Made by a program: the position numbers and the translations under genes. Shown here piece by piece: positions 24,810 through 38,175 of a stretch of DNA of 64,000 nucleotides; the stretch's first letter is position 1, and each line of letters starts with the position of its first letter. Source of the stretch: Octopus sinensis (lineage: Eukaryota); NCBI RefSeq assembly GCF_006345805.1, contig NC_043011.1, positions 67,344,464 through 67,408,463 on the forward strand, in the 5' to 3' direction. The notes beneath the pieces were generated by a model. That model was not told the origin of the DNA and made no database searches. It saw only the letters and a program-made list of their open reading frames with translations.

Positions 24810-24861
24810 GTCTTACAGCTGTTTCCAGGACATCTATTAATTATATCCCTTCATCGGAGAC
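24810..24861 (-). ncRNA. Variant type I hammerhead (U4C core) in a PLE terminal fragment (about 24770-25160)
   Basis: Minus strand: GTCT-CCGATGA-A-GGGATA..TGTCCT-G-GAAAC-AGCT-GTA-AGAC; perfect 4-bp stem I and palindromic ACAGCTGT. Confidence 0.6.
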
Positions 24862-25160
24862 GGTGTGAGAGGATGGTTAAGTAATAGTTAGTTTAGATAG
24901 GATACAAAATAGCGAGTTAGGTGGAGAAAGGAAATAGATGTAAGATATGTAGGGAAGAAGTTGTAGATATATTTTTTTAGGCAGAATGGTATATATGTAA
25001 GATTCCAATATCTTATGAGTAAAATCCAACAGAATTTAAAATGGGTCCTTCCAAATATAGAGTTTATGCACAATGTAAGATTCCAATACCTTATGAGTGA
25101 GATCCAGCAGTATTTAAACTGGGTCATTCCAAGTTGTAGAGTCAAAGGCTTTTATTTAAA

Positions 25161-25205
<45 letters not shown>

Positions 25206-26157
25206 CACACACACACATACACGCACATACACACACACATATATATATTGTCCGTTCAGCCTGCAATGATTCGTTTTCGTTTTTTTTTTTCATTTTTAAC
25301 AAGCTTCACTCGACCTGGTTGAAGCTAAGAACAAAATCTGTAAAACTCAGAGTTCTATTGATCCCACTTACTGGTTCGTGGCAGGAACACTCATCTATAT
25401 GTGTGCACTCGTTCCTCTTCACCAAAAGCATCCAATATGAATCCCTCCATAACCATAAGATAAATTGGAATAGATTTGAGGAAATTCCAACCACGTTTCG
25501 TGGTTCGCTACCTCAAAAGCTCCTTTACAGGACCCAGTGGCTAAAGACATCATCAGGAGGAACCATGTCCGTTTTCTGCCCCTACTCCTCTACCGTTTTC
25601 GACGTGGTGGGAACCTCATTTCGGAGGTGTCTTCAGCTCTTGGTTTCTTCGATGCAGCGTCAACGAATGTCAGCGGCCGAATGACAATCGTGTCAAATTA
25701 CCCTTTAAATACTCGCCGGTAGGCTCCAGCAGCCAGCACCAGCTAAATGTCACGTGGCACTGTCTAAGCTTCAACTGACCAATGGAGGGGAAGGGCGAGT
25801 AGTTTTGGGCACGTCCTCACTAAACCTGCATTCCAACAGTGTTGTGTTTTTTTTTCAGTCAATCAGTCTAAAATCAGCAGATGACGCTTTGGTGCTTTTT
25901 AACAAGCATGCAGCCGGGATAGATCTGAAGTCCAATGCCTGGAGGTTGTGCTTTCTAATGTATCGATCGAAGAGACGGTGTTATTCCATGGGCCTCCTGC
26001 TCTACCAATACTGGGAACTTTGCAAATGTTTGGCATTGAATGCTGCCTATCTTCATCTCACTAAATCGTAAAACATAAAAGTGTATGCATACAAGCCACT
26101 ACGAATAGATCAATCGATAATTACAACCATAAATAAATACAACTAATTAAATATATA

Positions 26158-26568
26158 GACGCAGGAGTGGCTGTGTGGTAAGTAGCTTGCTTACCAACCA
26201 CATGGCTCCAGGTTCAGTCCCACTGCGTGCCATCCTGGGCAAGTGTCTTCTACTATAGCCTCGAGCCGACAAAAGACTTGTGAGTAGATTTGGTAGACGG
26301 AATCTGAAAGAAGCCCGTCGTATATATATATACATATATATGTGTGTGTGTGTGTGTGTTTGTGTGTTTATGTGCCTGTGTTTGTCCCCCTGGCATTGCT
26401 TGACAACCGATGCTGGTGTGTTTATGTCCCCGTCACTTAGCAGTTTGTCAAAAGAGACCGATAGAATAAGTACTAGGCTTATAAGTACGGGGTCGATTTG
26501 CTCGACTAAAGGTGGTGCTCCAGCATGGCCGCAGTCAAATGACTAAAACAAGTAAAAGAGTAAAAGAG
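26158..26568 (+). mobile_element. Full-length SINE family A
   Basis: tRNA-like head GGAGTGGCTGTGTGGTAAG..GGTTCAGTCCC, internal (TA)/(TG) tract, tail AGTAAAAGAGTAAAAGAG. Confidence 0.9.
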
Positions 26569-27175
26569 TCAGACATATACAATTTAATTGTGATATTTCA
26601 GTGGAAAAAAAATCTACAAACGCGCGGCAAAACAAATGTGAGTGAAGAAAGAGTCAAAGGATATAGAGTTGATAGGAATAATAATTCACACTGCGTAACA
26701 TATAGCCAAAAATGATAGATGTGGCAGGGAATTCTCCCAACAGAATTCTCCAAACAGAATTCTCCAAATGTAAGGGAAATTCCCCAAAAGCAACGTGTAC
26801 GACAGGTGAAGACGTTTATCATTCGGAGTACAGTAATATATTTTAGTCGCTAAAGTTGCTAGTTGCAATGATAACGGTTATGAGAAAAGAGTGGTTTTTC
26901 GTATTAAACGAGCCTGACATTTAGATTTACTGCAAATAACATAGATCGATAATGGTGTCTGTCTCTCTTGCAAAAAGACAAAGACACAGACACACAAAAG
27001 TAGATGAATCATATACATACATACAAACTTCATATATAAATATATATAAGTATATAATCATACGTATATATAGAAAGAGAAAGAGGGAGAGAGAAGGAGA
27101 GGGGGAGCGAAAGAGATAGATAATTGATACGTTTGCGCGTATATATATATGTATATATATATAAATACATATACA

Positions 27176-27231
<56 letters not shown>

Positions 27232-27269
27232 TAATAATATATATTATATATATATACATATACATTCTG

Positions 27270-27468
27270 ACCTCGTGTGTACCGTTGGCGATTTTTTTCC
27301 CTCTGTCTTCCCTTCTCTGGATCTTTCCTTCTCCTATGTTTCTGACGAAGAGCTCCGCTCGAAACATTACACCCTCCTTCTTTCTTTTTTTCCTGAGCGT
27401 CCAATAATACTATATTTGTTCCACGTCCTCGCGTTGGTGTGTTTTTTGTGCTTTCTTGTTTGGATTAA
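27270..27468 (+). mobile_element. PLE terminal repeat fragment with decayed minimal HHR
   Basis: GTTT-CTGACGA-A-GAGC-TCC-GCTC-GAAAC-ATT-ACAC at 27338-27372; (TA)n on both sides. Confidence 0.65.
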
Positions 27469-27469
27469 C

Positions 27470-27501
<32 letters not shown>

Positions 27502-27516
27502 GGTATACAAATATAG

Positions 27517-27565
<49 letters not shown>

Positions 27566-27647
27566 GCATGCATGTACGTATGTATGTATGTATGTATGTA
27601 TGTATGTATGTATGTATGTATGTGTATATATACATATATATATATAT

Positions 27648-27697
<50 letters not shown>

Positions 27698-27925
27698 GTG
27701 CTTTGAGTTCTATTTTTCCTGTTTGTCCCCTGACCAAATAATCACTCACCTCAATTCATTCGCCTTTTGAAAAGTCTCGTTGTCCGTATCAGAGTTGGTC
27801 CAAAACAATTTTGCCCACCAAGCAGACCTATTGGTGTTGCCCGTTTATTCGTTGACAGTCAGATCATACAGCAGGATGTAATGGATTTCATACTAGGATA
27901 GCAGCCACGCGTGACATTATACACT

Positions 27926-27960
<35 letters not shown>

Positions 27961-28074
27961 TTACTTACGCGCAGATATACATACATGTACTTACACGCAT
28001 ATAGAGACACACGCATATTGTACACATCCATTCATAAAACTTAACTTAGATAAAACTTAGATATGTTTCGACCA

Positions 28075-28320
28075 GAGATTGGTCCAGGCCATGTCTAACT
28101 TAATAGCACCACCTGATAGGATTATTCGAATCCTGTTTAAGTCAAGTTTTGTTCAAGTAGTGAGTTCTTGTTGGGTGAGTTGTATCCAGTTTTGTTCAAG
28201 TAGTGAGTTCTTGTTGGGTGAGTTGTATCCAATTATGGGTGGCTTGTCTGGTATTCTTTGAAGGAATCTATCCAGACTTTGTTGATGGGATCCTTTTCCT
28301 CTTTGATCTCCCTCGGGACA
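28075..28320 (-). pseudogene. CR1-type LINE 3' end fragment containing a 43-bp tandem duplication
   Basis: Minus frame SLDRFLQRIPDKPPIIGYNSPNKNSLLE resembles CR1 C-termini; 28145-28187 equals 28188-28230. Confidence 0.6.
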
Positions 28321-28380
28321 ATGTTATATATATTTATATATTTATATATGCGTATGTGTGCCTGCATGTGTGTGTGTGTG

Positions 28381-28446
<66 letters not shown>

Positions 28447-29642
28447 CTGCATGTGTATGTGAAACTTTGTAATATAATCCTTGATATCGACGTTTAATTA
28501 ATACTACAGCTATGAAATACACATTACCGTCTTCGAGAATAAATATCGAAAATGTTTTCTGAACAATAAATATCTTTTTTCCTTTGCCATCTATCTCTTC
28601 TCAACATTAACATCCAGAAAAAGCCATCATCACTTTCCATTGGCATCATAACATTCCTCTTTTGTCTTCGACCGTTTTCTTCTGCCAATTTAATCTCATT
28701 TACTCACATAAAGCAATCTAATAATGCCGGTGCCCTTTGTGTTTCGAACGTAAATCAATCTTACCAGAAAAGAGCAAACAAAATACATTACATTTCTGTC
28801 TCGAATTGAAAAACCCACAAAACATCACGAAAGAAAATAAAAACACCGAAAAAAAATTAAGCGGTAAAAACTTGCCGAAAATAACCCAGAAAAAATAAAA
28901 TAAACAGACTGCCTAGAAAATTTATAAAGATTTTGTATAACTCGTTGTTTACAATGTGCCAAGATATTTGTCTTCAGAATTTCTGTTTTAATTTAGTTTT
29001 CAAATCATTCTTAATATTTCAACACAACAACGAAAGACAAGACTATAACATTCACCTTTTCTTAAAATTCAATTTGTTGTAGTGAAAGTTCATATCGATA
29101 ACTTTGGTATTGATAATGCGTTGATGAAATCAAAACGGCAAATTAAACACAGTGAAACTAATTTTATTATTTATTTAATCAGTTTTATTTTTATTTAATT
29201 GTTCATTCGTTTTTTGGTTTTTTGTTTACTTTTGTTTAGTAGGTTTCAAAGAAAGAGATCGTACACGTGGCCTTTACTTGCCAAATGAGATCTATGTCTT
29301 TATCAATATTTTCTACAGACACTGGACTACAGCCATTCTGGGACGTCCTCTCGAAGTGCTTAGTGGAACAAACCGACTAATCTTTTAAAACTGGTATTTC
29401 GTCTCTTGATCGTTTACGGAACAGTTATGTCACAGAATGTGAACAAATTCCAGTGTCACCATGCAGTGTGGGGAAAAAAGACAAATACCTGTATACATAC
29501 ATGCATACGTACATACATACACACACACATACATACATACATACATACTTGCATACATGCATGAAAGCGTGCATACTTACATACACACATACATACATTC
29601 ATGCATGCAAGTGTACATACATACATGCCTGCCTGTATGTAT

Positions 29643-30330
29643 GTATCATCAGCAAACAACAACTAACTCATTTGCCATTTCTCTCCATTTTCTCCCACCA
29701 TTTGAGCTGCCCTACCAAAACTTCTAGCATTCACCACTCTCACCATACCATCCATATATAGATTAAACAGCCACGGGGACATCACACAAGCGAATCTTAA
29801 CCCCACCTTCACATCAAACCACTCACATACTTCACCACCCACCCTAACGCACGCCCTACTTTCTCTATAGAAACTCTGTACAGCTCTCAACAACCTACCA
29901 TCTACACCATACAACCGCAACACCTACCACATTGCATCCCTATCATATGCCTATGATAGGGATGCAATCATCCGGTCATATGCCTTCTCTATGTCCATAA
30001 AGGCCCAATACACATCCGTCCCTTTTGCCAAACACTTCTAACACGTCTGCCTTATTACAAATATCTGATCTGCACACCCACTTCCACTCTTAAAACCGCA
30101 CTGCGTCTCCTCTAGGACTCTTTCTGTCTGGTTCTTCACCCCTACAATCAGAATTCTCTCATACAGTTCACCAACCACACACAACAGACTTATAACCCTA
30201 AAATTTCCACGCTCACATTATCCCCTTTCCCCTTGTACAGTGGCACTATACAGGCCCTGCACCAGTTTTTGGTACACTTTCAGCCATATAACGAACATTC
30301 ATAAGCCTCACTAATCATTTAATCATTGTC
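29643..30330 (-). pseudogene. RTE-clade reverse transcriptase fragment
   Basis: ACIVPLYKGKG, QCGF..G.GC.DQIF, FMDIEKAYDR, VGLR..CVMSPWLFN, LFADD; broken by stops and an inverted duplication. Confidence 0.85.
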
Positions 30331-30435
30331 ACTCCTTCTTGATTTATGCATTCCACTATACACCCATCTAGGGTTGGCACCTTCCTGTTTGCCATTTTCT
30401 GCAAGAATTACCTCACCTCCTCTCTTCCAAGAGTT

Positions 30436-30510
30436 TTCTACGATAGCCTCGGGCCGACCAAAGCCTTGTAATTGGATTTGGTGGACGGAAACTGAAAGAA
30501 ACCCGATGTA

Positions 30511-30575
<65 letters not shown>

Positions 30576-30845
30576 ATGTATGTATGTCATGTATGTGTAT
30601 GTATGTATGTATGCGTATGGATATATTTGTGCGTCTGTGATTGTACCCCCAACATCGCTTGACAACCGATGGTGGTGTGTTTACGTCCCCGTAACTTAGC
30701 GGTTCGGTAAAAGTGCTTGATAGAATAAGTATTAGGCTTCCAAAGAATAAGTCCTGGGGTCGATTTGTTCGACTAAAGACGGTGCTCCAGCATAGCCGCA
30801 GTCAAAAGACTGAAACAGGAAAATCAGTAAAAGAGTAAAAGAGTA
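30436..30845 (+). mobile_element. 5'-truncated SINE family A
   Basis: Aligns to 26250-26568. Confidence 0.85.
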
Positions 30846-31569
30846 TATCGATAGACAGATAGTTAGAAAGATATACTTCATTATTGGCCACACAGGGCTG
30901 AACACAGAGGGGACAAAATACAAAGTACAGCTTGTTTGGGGAAGAAGAGAAAAAAAAGTGGGTCGAATTTCGATCAAAAGAGATCGTGAAAAACGAAGCC
31001 GATCAAAAGGGATCCCGTATCACAGAAATGTCAATGTGAATAGGGAAAACAAATTAGGTTTATCCGTGGAAAGAAAAGCCTACGGAAAAGACCACGATAA
31101 CCTTGGGCAATAATGTCATGCAAAAAGAAAACACATTACAGTAAGTGACTCTCTTTTTTCCTTTCCTTTTTTCTTTTTGGTTCATAGGATTATGCTCAAG
31201 CTGGCTCCGTCATTCACACGTGCCATCCTTGTTACATTCACCCATCTTTTTTTTAAACATTTACTCGACAAAACTTGCTTCTCTACTCTTAACTTCCTCT
31301 TCAAGTGATACTTGAAGAAGTTGATGAGATATTGACCAGAGAGGAAAGTGTTTGTCTCTAGATAGATAGAGAGAGAGAGAGAGATAGGTAGATAGAGAGA
31401 GATAGGTAGATAGAGAGAGAGAGAGATAAACAGACACATAGATAAAGAGATAGATAGATAGATGCATACATACATACATACATACATACATACATACATA
31501 CAAATATACATACATACATACAAACATACATACATACATACATAAAAACATACATACATACATACATAC

Positions 31570-31679
<110 letters not shown>

Positions 31680-31929
31680 TAGAATTTACGGATGCAATAA
31701 ATCCAAGCAAATACCTCTTACGCACTGTGAGTAAATAGAACCTGACAAACTAAATTGCTGATTTGATACAATGGCAACCCGTATCGGTTCTTATGTATAT
31801 CTTGTGACAGGTAGAATTTGTAAATCCTAAGGATTTCACCAATTAGTTACATTGTTTCAATCTCAAGGTATATTAGATAAGACACAGAATGAAGATGTTT
31901 TATGAACCATACATTTTCTATACCTATGC

Positions 31930-31991
<62 letters not shown>

Positions 31992-32022
31992 TGTATATAT
32001 ATATGCATGTATATATATATGT

Positions 32023-32108
<86 letters not shown>

Positions 32109-32109
32109 T

Positions 32110-32156
<47 letters not shown>

Positions 32157-33313
32157 GCATACATACATGCATATATACATATGTATGTATGTTCGTATGT
32201 ATGCATATGTACTGCTATTTGAAGCTTGCAGAAGCAAGCCTTAGCCTCCACATACCAGCTTTCTATTTGCTGTTTGACTCTTGGCATATTGCGTCATTTT
32301 GAGAAAATAGTGTTACCACAATGCGGTAAGCACACGCGTTCACCTTAATCAAACAAGACTATTCCAGTTGCCAGTTGAGATAAATATTACTAAACAGCGT
32401 TTAAAGAAATAAAGCAAATGTGACACGACACATTTTAAACGATAAAATATTTCACAAAAAAAAACATATGATAAAACCTTATAAAATTTAATAATTGAAC
32501 CAGATCATAATTAATTAAATCTTACTTAATTAAATTTAGGAATTGGCACTGCTCTGAGGAGGAGAAGAGTAGCCTGATTTTCGGCAGACATCGATAGTTT
32601 GGAATCTTTAGCTGAAATAGAAAGAGGTGCTAATTATGCAATGCAAATTCTTCACAATCGATCAGGCGTTCAACGTGCTATTGATTCGGCCATTCAACAG
32701 CTTTCATCAATAGCTTAAAATTGAGTTTAACGTATTTCCATATAGATGAGATTAACTGCAATATCCTGCCTAAGCTGGATAAGCAAGAATATGCAAATAA
32801 CATACTTAAAAATCCTATTATGTAACATTGCAAAGATGCAAGATTCTAACTCACCTTTTGTTGTTAAATCTAGTATATTGATATAGTTATATATATATTT
32901 CTTTTTTCCGAATTGTTACGTAGAATTCGTCAAATTAGGAAGCTAATTCATAGTTCTTTACATTTCAATGGCTGAGGTTAAAGTCATTATTTAGTCATTC
33001 CTCATTGAATATTGATTGACTTCACTGTTAAGTAATCGTGGTGTTGTGCAAGATTTCTTCTATTCTCGGTGGAATTTGGAACGTGGGGGGAAGTGCAAAT
33101 ACTACAGACGCCATTGTGAACAGAAATCACGTTGAGAATTTGGTGTGTCGGGAAATGACATTCAAGTACGTCTGAGATGGGATGCAGGCATGGCTCTCTG
33201 GTAACGCTGCTCATCTATACTCCGAGTATCGGGTTACATCCTACTCCTCAGCAGTTTTAGGAAACCTGGACCTGCTTGTTTCACACACACACACAAGTAC
33301 ATGCACACACGCA

Positions 33314-33408
<95 letters not shown>

Positions 33409-33472
33409 GTACATATATATATATATGTATATACATATATATATATATAGATAGATAGTATATATAGATATA

Positions 33473-33507
<35 letters not shown>

Positions 33508-33739
33508 GTATCTATATAGGTATTTATATATATTATAGATATATAAGTACACACACACATATATATATATATATTATATATATATATATATATTATATAT
33601 ATATATATATATACATACATATATATATATATGCACGTTTATATGCATAATATAAGCTGATGTATGCATATATATATATAATACATACATGCATATATAT
33701 ATGTGTGTATGTATGTGTATGCATGAATATATATATATA

Positions 33740-33781
<42 letters not shown>

Positions 33782-34281
33782 ATAAACATACATACATAAA
33801 CATATATATATACATATACACATGTATATATGTATCTGTCAATTTGTGTCTGTATCCTTTTGCGTTTATATTATATAGATGGTTCTCTGTGTGTTTGTGT
33901 GTGTGAGTGTAAATATATATGTACGTTCGTGCGACGTTATATGCATGTATTTAGGTGAAGAATTATTGTACGTAAAATGCGAGGATTTTAGACTCCATGC
34001 CGATGAGGCTATGATACTTAAATGTGAAAGGTTATCGAGAATTGAAGGGTAATATTATCCACGAAAGTATATTTATCTAGAATAACAGCGAAGAAGTATT
34101 TGATATATTGATGTAGAAGAAAACCCACTACGATAGCATTATCACTGAATACGGGGGCACATCTGGTGTAATAGATGTGTGTGTGCGTATATGTCTATGT
34201 GTGTGTGGATTATATACAGTTTCAAGCTTAGTACATCTCACATCTACCACATTTCTTTCAATATTTCTACACTACAAAACA

Positions 34282-34341
<60 letters not shown>

Positions 34342-34385
34342 TATACATACATACATGCACAAACATACATACATACATACATACA

Positions 34386-34418
<33 letters not shown>

Positions 34419-34787
34419 CTCATCTTTTCATTCCCAACATAAACATGAAAAGCTCGTACGTATTTAGACATTGTGTTTCTCTTTTTTTATTAGAAAAAAC
34501 TTTTCCATGACGCATAGCGAATCAATCCATCCGAGCCCATCATGTTCTGATGTTTCTTTAACTGGTTTCCATAGCATAAGAGTAGTGGTTGCTACTTCAC
34601 ACTTCACCTACATGCAGCTACATGTTCATACACACTCACACAGATATACACTTACCTATGAGCATGCAGTCACTCACTCTCTCTTATGCTCTCTCTCCTT
34701 CTCTTTCTCCTCCTCTCTCTCTCTTTCCCATCCTCTTTAAGTAACTATTAGCAACAGTAGCTGTATTTCTCAGTCAAGTAGCCACGT

Positions 34788-34829
<42 letters not shown>

Positions 34830-34914
34830 TTGTGTGTGTGAGTGTGTGTGTGTGTGTGTGTCTATGTGTTTTATATATGTGTGTATATATGAATGCATGC
34901 ATATATATTTATTT

Positions 34915-35141
34915 CTTTATTGCCCGCAGGGGGCTAAACATTCAGGGAACAAACAAGAACAGAGAAAGGGATTAAGTCGATTACATTGACCCCAGTGCGT
35001 AACTGGTAATTATTTAACCGACCCCGAAAGAATGAAAGGCAAAGTCAATCTCAGCGAAATTTGAAATCGGAACGTAGCGGCAGACGAAATACCGCTACGC
35101 ATCTCGCCCGGCGTGCTAACGTCTCTACCAGCTCGCCGCTT
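34915..35141 (-). mobile_element. SINE family C
   Basis: Aligns to 19370-19597 and the reverse complement of 42277-42510. Confidence 0.85.
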
Positions 35142-35250
35142 TATGTATGCATATATTCCAACCGATCACCGAGAAATACGCTTCACAAATTCTTGATTTG
35201 CGAGAAACAGAAGTAAAAGATAAAAATTCAGCTCAGCAGATACAGCTTAT

Positions 35251-35926
35251 CTAAAACCTGACGATAAATACCCCCTCCTCTGCTGTTCTGATCTCGTCTA
35301 CAGAGTTCATGTTTTTTCCGACCAAATGATTTTGAAGTCTGCGGAATAAATGATAATCAAATGGGGTAATATTCGTCGAATATGATGGGTGGGGCATCAT
35401 TTTCCATTCAAACTGCTCCAGCCTTTGGAATGTCATCTTTGCTGTATGTGCTCGAGGATTATTGAAACTAAAGATGGTCGTTTTTCTTCTAGCGTTACGA
35501 TGGTATTTTGTTCCACCAGGGTCTACAGGACATCCTCATCGAGCTCTACAGATCTTCTGGGACGAAGTTTATATGCTAGGCTGTAGTTTCCAGCTGAGAA
35601 TTTCTGGAACCACCTTTGACACTGGTTTATGCTTATTGCCTGATCCCCATATACTGCATTGATATTCCTTGCACGTTCCATTCTGTTGTTGCCTTTATTG
35701 AACTCATAAAACAGAATAAGCCGAATATGCTCCATTGTCACTTTCATTATAGCTTTGAAAAAAATGACTGTTAAAATCGAACTTCAAAACTTGCACTAAC
35801 AATAAAGGACATGATAGAATTACTACCTATTTTCATAAGAAGTTGATGCAGGTAGTTTATCATGTCCTCCTCCGACTTTTAGTTCATGTAATTAAAAAAA
35901 CCGCATTACTTATGGGGTGGCTCAAT

Positions 35927-35927
<1 letters not shown>
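35251..35927 (-). pseudogene. Internally deleted mariner (Mos1-like) element
   Basis: N-terminal HTH (HIRLILFYEF.KG..ARNINAVYG..QRWFQKF) at 35747-35523; C-terminal HPSYSTNITPFDYHLFRRLQNHL at 35436-35251; TIR-like end AAAACCGCATTACTT..CAA followed by TA at 35926-35927. Confidence 0.85.
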
Positions 35928-35992
<65 letters not shown>

Positions 35993-36344
35993 GATAAGCA
36001 CCTTCCTTTATTATAGTACAGATGTCACTAATTCGGAAAATCATTACTGTCATTATTCACACATCGTCGCTCTCGTAATGCAACACTTTGTAATACTGGT
36101 TCAAATTTAAAGTGTGAAACCATTTTCACTTTCTAATGAAATTTGCTCGTTGTAGAGTAAGTGTCTTTCAAATAACTAAAGCTGGTTGTCCAGATTACGT
36201 AGAAAATATGTAAATGATTATAACATTTATCACCCATAGTGTAGGACTTAATATGCGTATGTTCTGAACGAAGCGATACTTGAGTACAGAGTAGTAATAA
36301 AAAGGTATAAAGATTATCTTCTTATCTTTATTAGCTCCACGGCT

Positions 36345-36500
36345 GTTTCTGCTATGAGATGCATTGGACTCTTATTTGAATGCTTGATTAACACCGAATA
36401 TCTTCTTCAGAGCATCGAAGATGAAGTGCAGTCGCTGATGAAGCTGTAAGAGGCTTCTCAAGCACTAAAATATGAGTCCACAGCATCTCATAGCAGAAAC
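36345..36500. repeat. About 44-bp imperfect inverted repeat with hammerhead-like remnants on both strands
   Basis: GTTTCTGCTATGAGATGC..GGACTC..TGCTTGA versus TCAAGCA..GAGTCC..GCATCTCATAGCAGAAAC; CTGATGA (+) and CTGAAGA (-) lie in the spacer. Confidence 0.7.
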
Positions 36501-36578
36501 GGCTCCAATCTAATGAAGCTCATAAGAAAAGCATTTATTCATTTGCCATATTATTTTTCGGATATGTATGTGTGTGTG

Positions 36579-36609
<31 letters not shown>

Positions 36610-36617
36610 GGGGGAGA

Positions 36618-36910
36618 GGGCTCCGTCGGTTGCGACGACGAGGGTCCCAGCTGATATGATCAACGGAACAGCTTTGCTAGTGAAATTAAGGTGCAAGTGG
36701 CTGAGCACTCCACAGCCACGTGTACCCATAACGTAGTTCTCGGGGAGATTCAGCGTGACACAGAGTGTGTCAATGCTGACCCTTTGAAATACAGGTACTA
36801 CTAATTTTTGCCACCTGAGTGGACTGCAGCTCAAGGACACAACGCGCCGCCGGGAATTGAACTCACAACCTTACGATCCTTAGCCGAATGTCCTTAAACA
36901 CTAAGCCACA
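36618..36910 (-). mobile_element. SINE family B variant (alternative 3' body, as 50694-50972)
   Basis: Family B head joined to a CTGAATCTCCC.GAGAACTACGTTA..CGACGGAG body. Confidence 0.8.
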
Positions 36911-37495
36911 ATAATAATAATAATAATAATAATGGTAATCGTAATAAATAATAATAAACATACATACGTAAACATATACATTCATATATGTGTGTGTGTG
37001 AGAGAGAGAGAGTTTGTGTGTATGTATGTATATATATATGAACGTATGTATGTATGTATGTTAAGAGAGAAAGACGAGAGGAGAAAGATAAGGAAAGAGA
37101 AAGGGAGAAATCTTCACCGTAGTATTCCGAACCGACAGTAAGACGATTATCACCGAAGTCCCTCTTCAATGAAAGGAATTGTGCGAAGATAGCAAATATA
37201 TGCCAAAAGAAATTATCGATTTTATTATGTTGCCATACAAATGGCGTCATTGGTCGGGTGATTTGAGTGTGAAATTTGCACCACGATGTAATAAAGTTGC
37301 CGAAACGAACTCTAAAACACTATTGACGTCATATAGATGTTTGTATATAATGCCATGTGTGTGTGTGTGCATGTGTACGTGTGCGTGCGTGTAATCAGGT
37401 GTATGTATGCGTGCAGCTGTACAAGTATATATATATAATATATATATATATATAATAATATTAATATAATATAGTACATATATACATATTACAAT

Positions 37496-37528
<33 letters not shown>

Positions 37529-38020
37529 TATATACATATATACATATATACATATACATATATATATATTATATATATTTATATGCACACATATATATAT
37601 ACATATATATATATATATGTATACACTCATATATGTATATATATATACAAACAAATATATGTACATGAATACATGCTGATATATATGCTTGTACATGTAC
37701 ATATGTGTGTGTGTGTGTGTATGTGCATGTGTGTACATACATTACCTGTGTATAATGAATATGTGTATTCCATCCCATGGCTGCATGAATAGGCGGATGT
37801 ATCTATCTATCTACCTATCTATAATAGTTAATGAAGACGATGAAGACGACGACGATGTCGATATCAACGACGATGATGATGATGATGAAGAGGGAATACG
37901 AATGGATGCTGGAGTCGTTTATGCGTCGTATGTATCGCTTTACGTTACTTGTTCCGTTTCCTATCGGCAAGCTCAATAAATTAACTGTCAATTAATACTG
38001 CCACTGACTACACTGCTTAC

Positions 38021-38079
<59 letters not shown>

Positions 38080-38175
38080 TCCATCCCTTTCTCCCTCCTT
38101 CTCTTTCCCTCTCTCTCCCTTTCTCTGTATATATATATATATATAGTCAGAATTTCTTATTCAACCCTCCCAAAT

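Noticed and set aside
28145-28230. Short direct repeats as a CRISPR-like array (also 26729-26770, 24995-25135)
   Set aside because: Contiguous tandem duplications without unique spacers, inside eukaryotic TE remnants.
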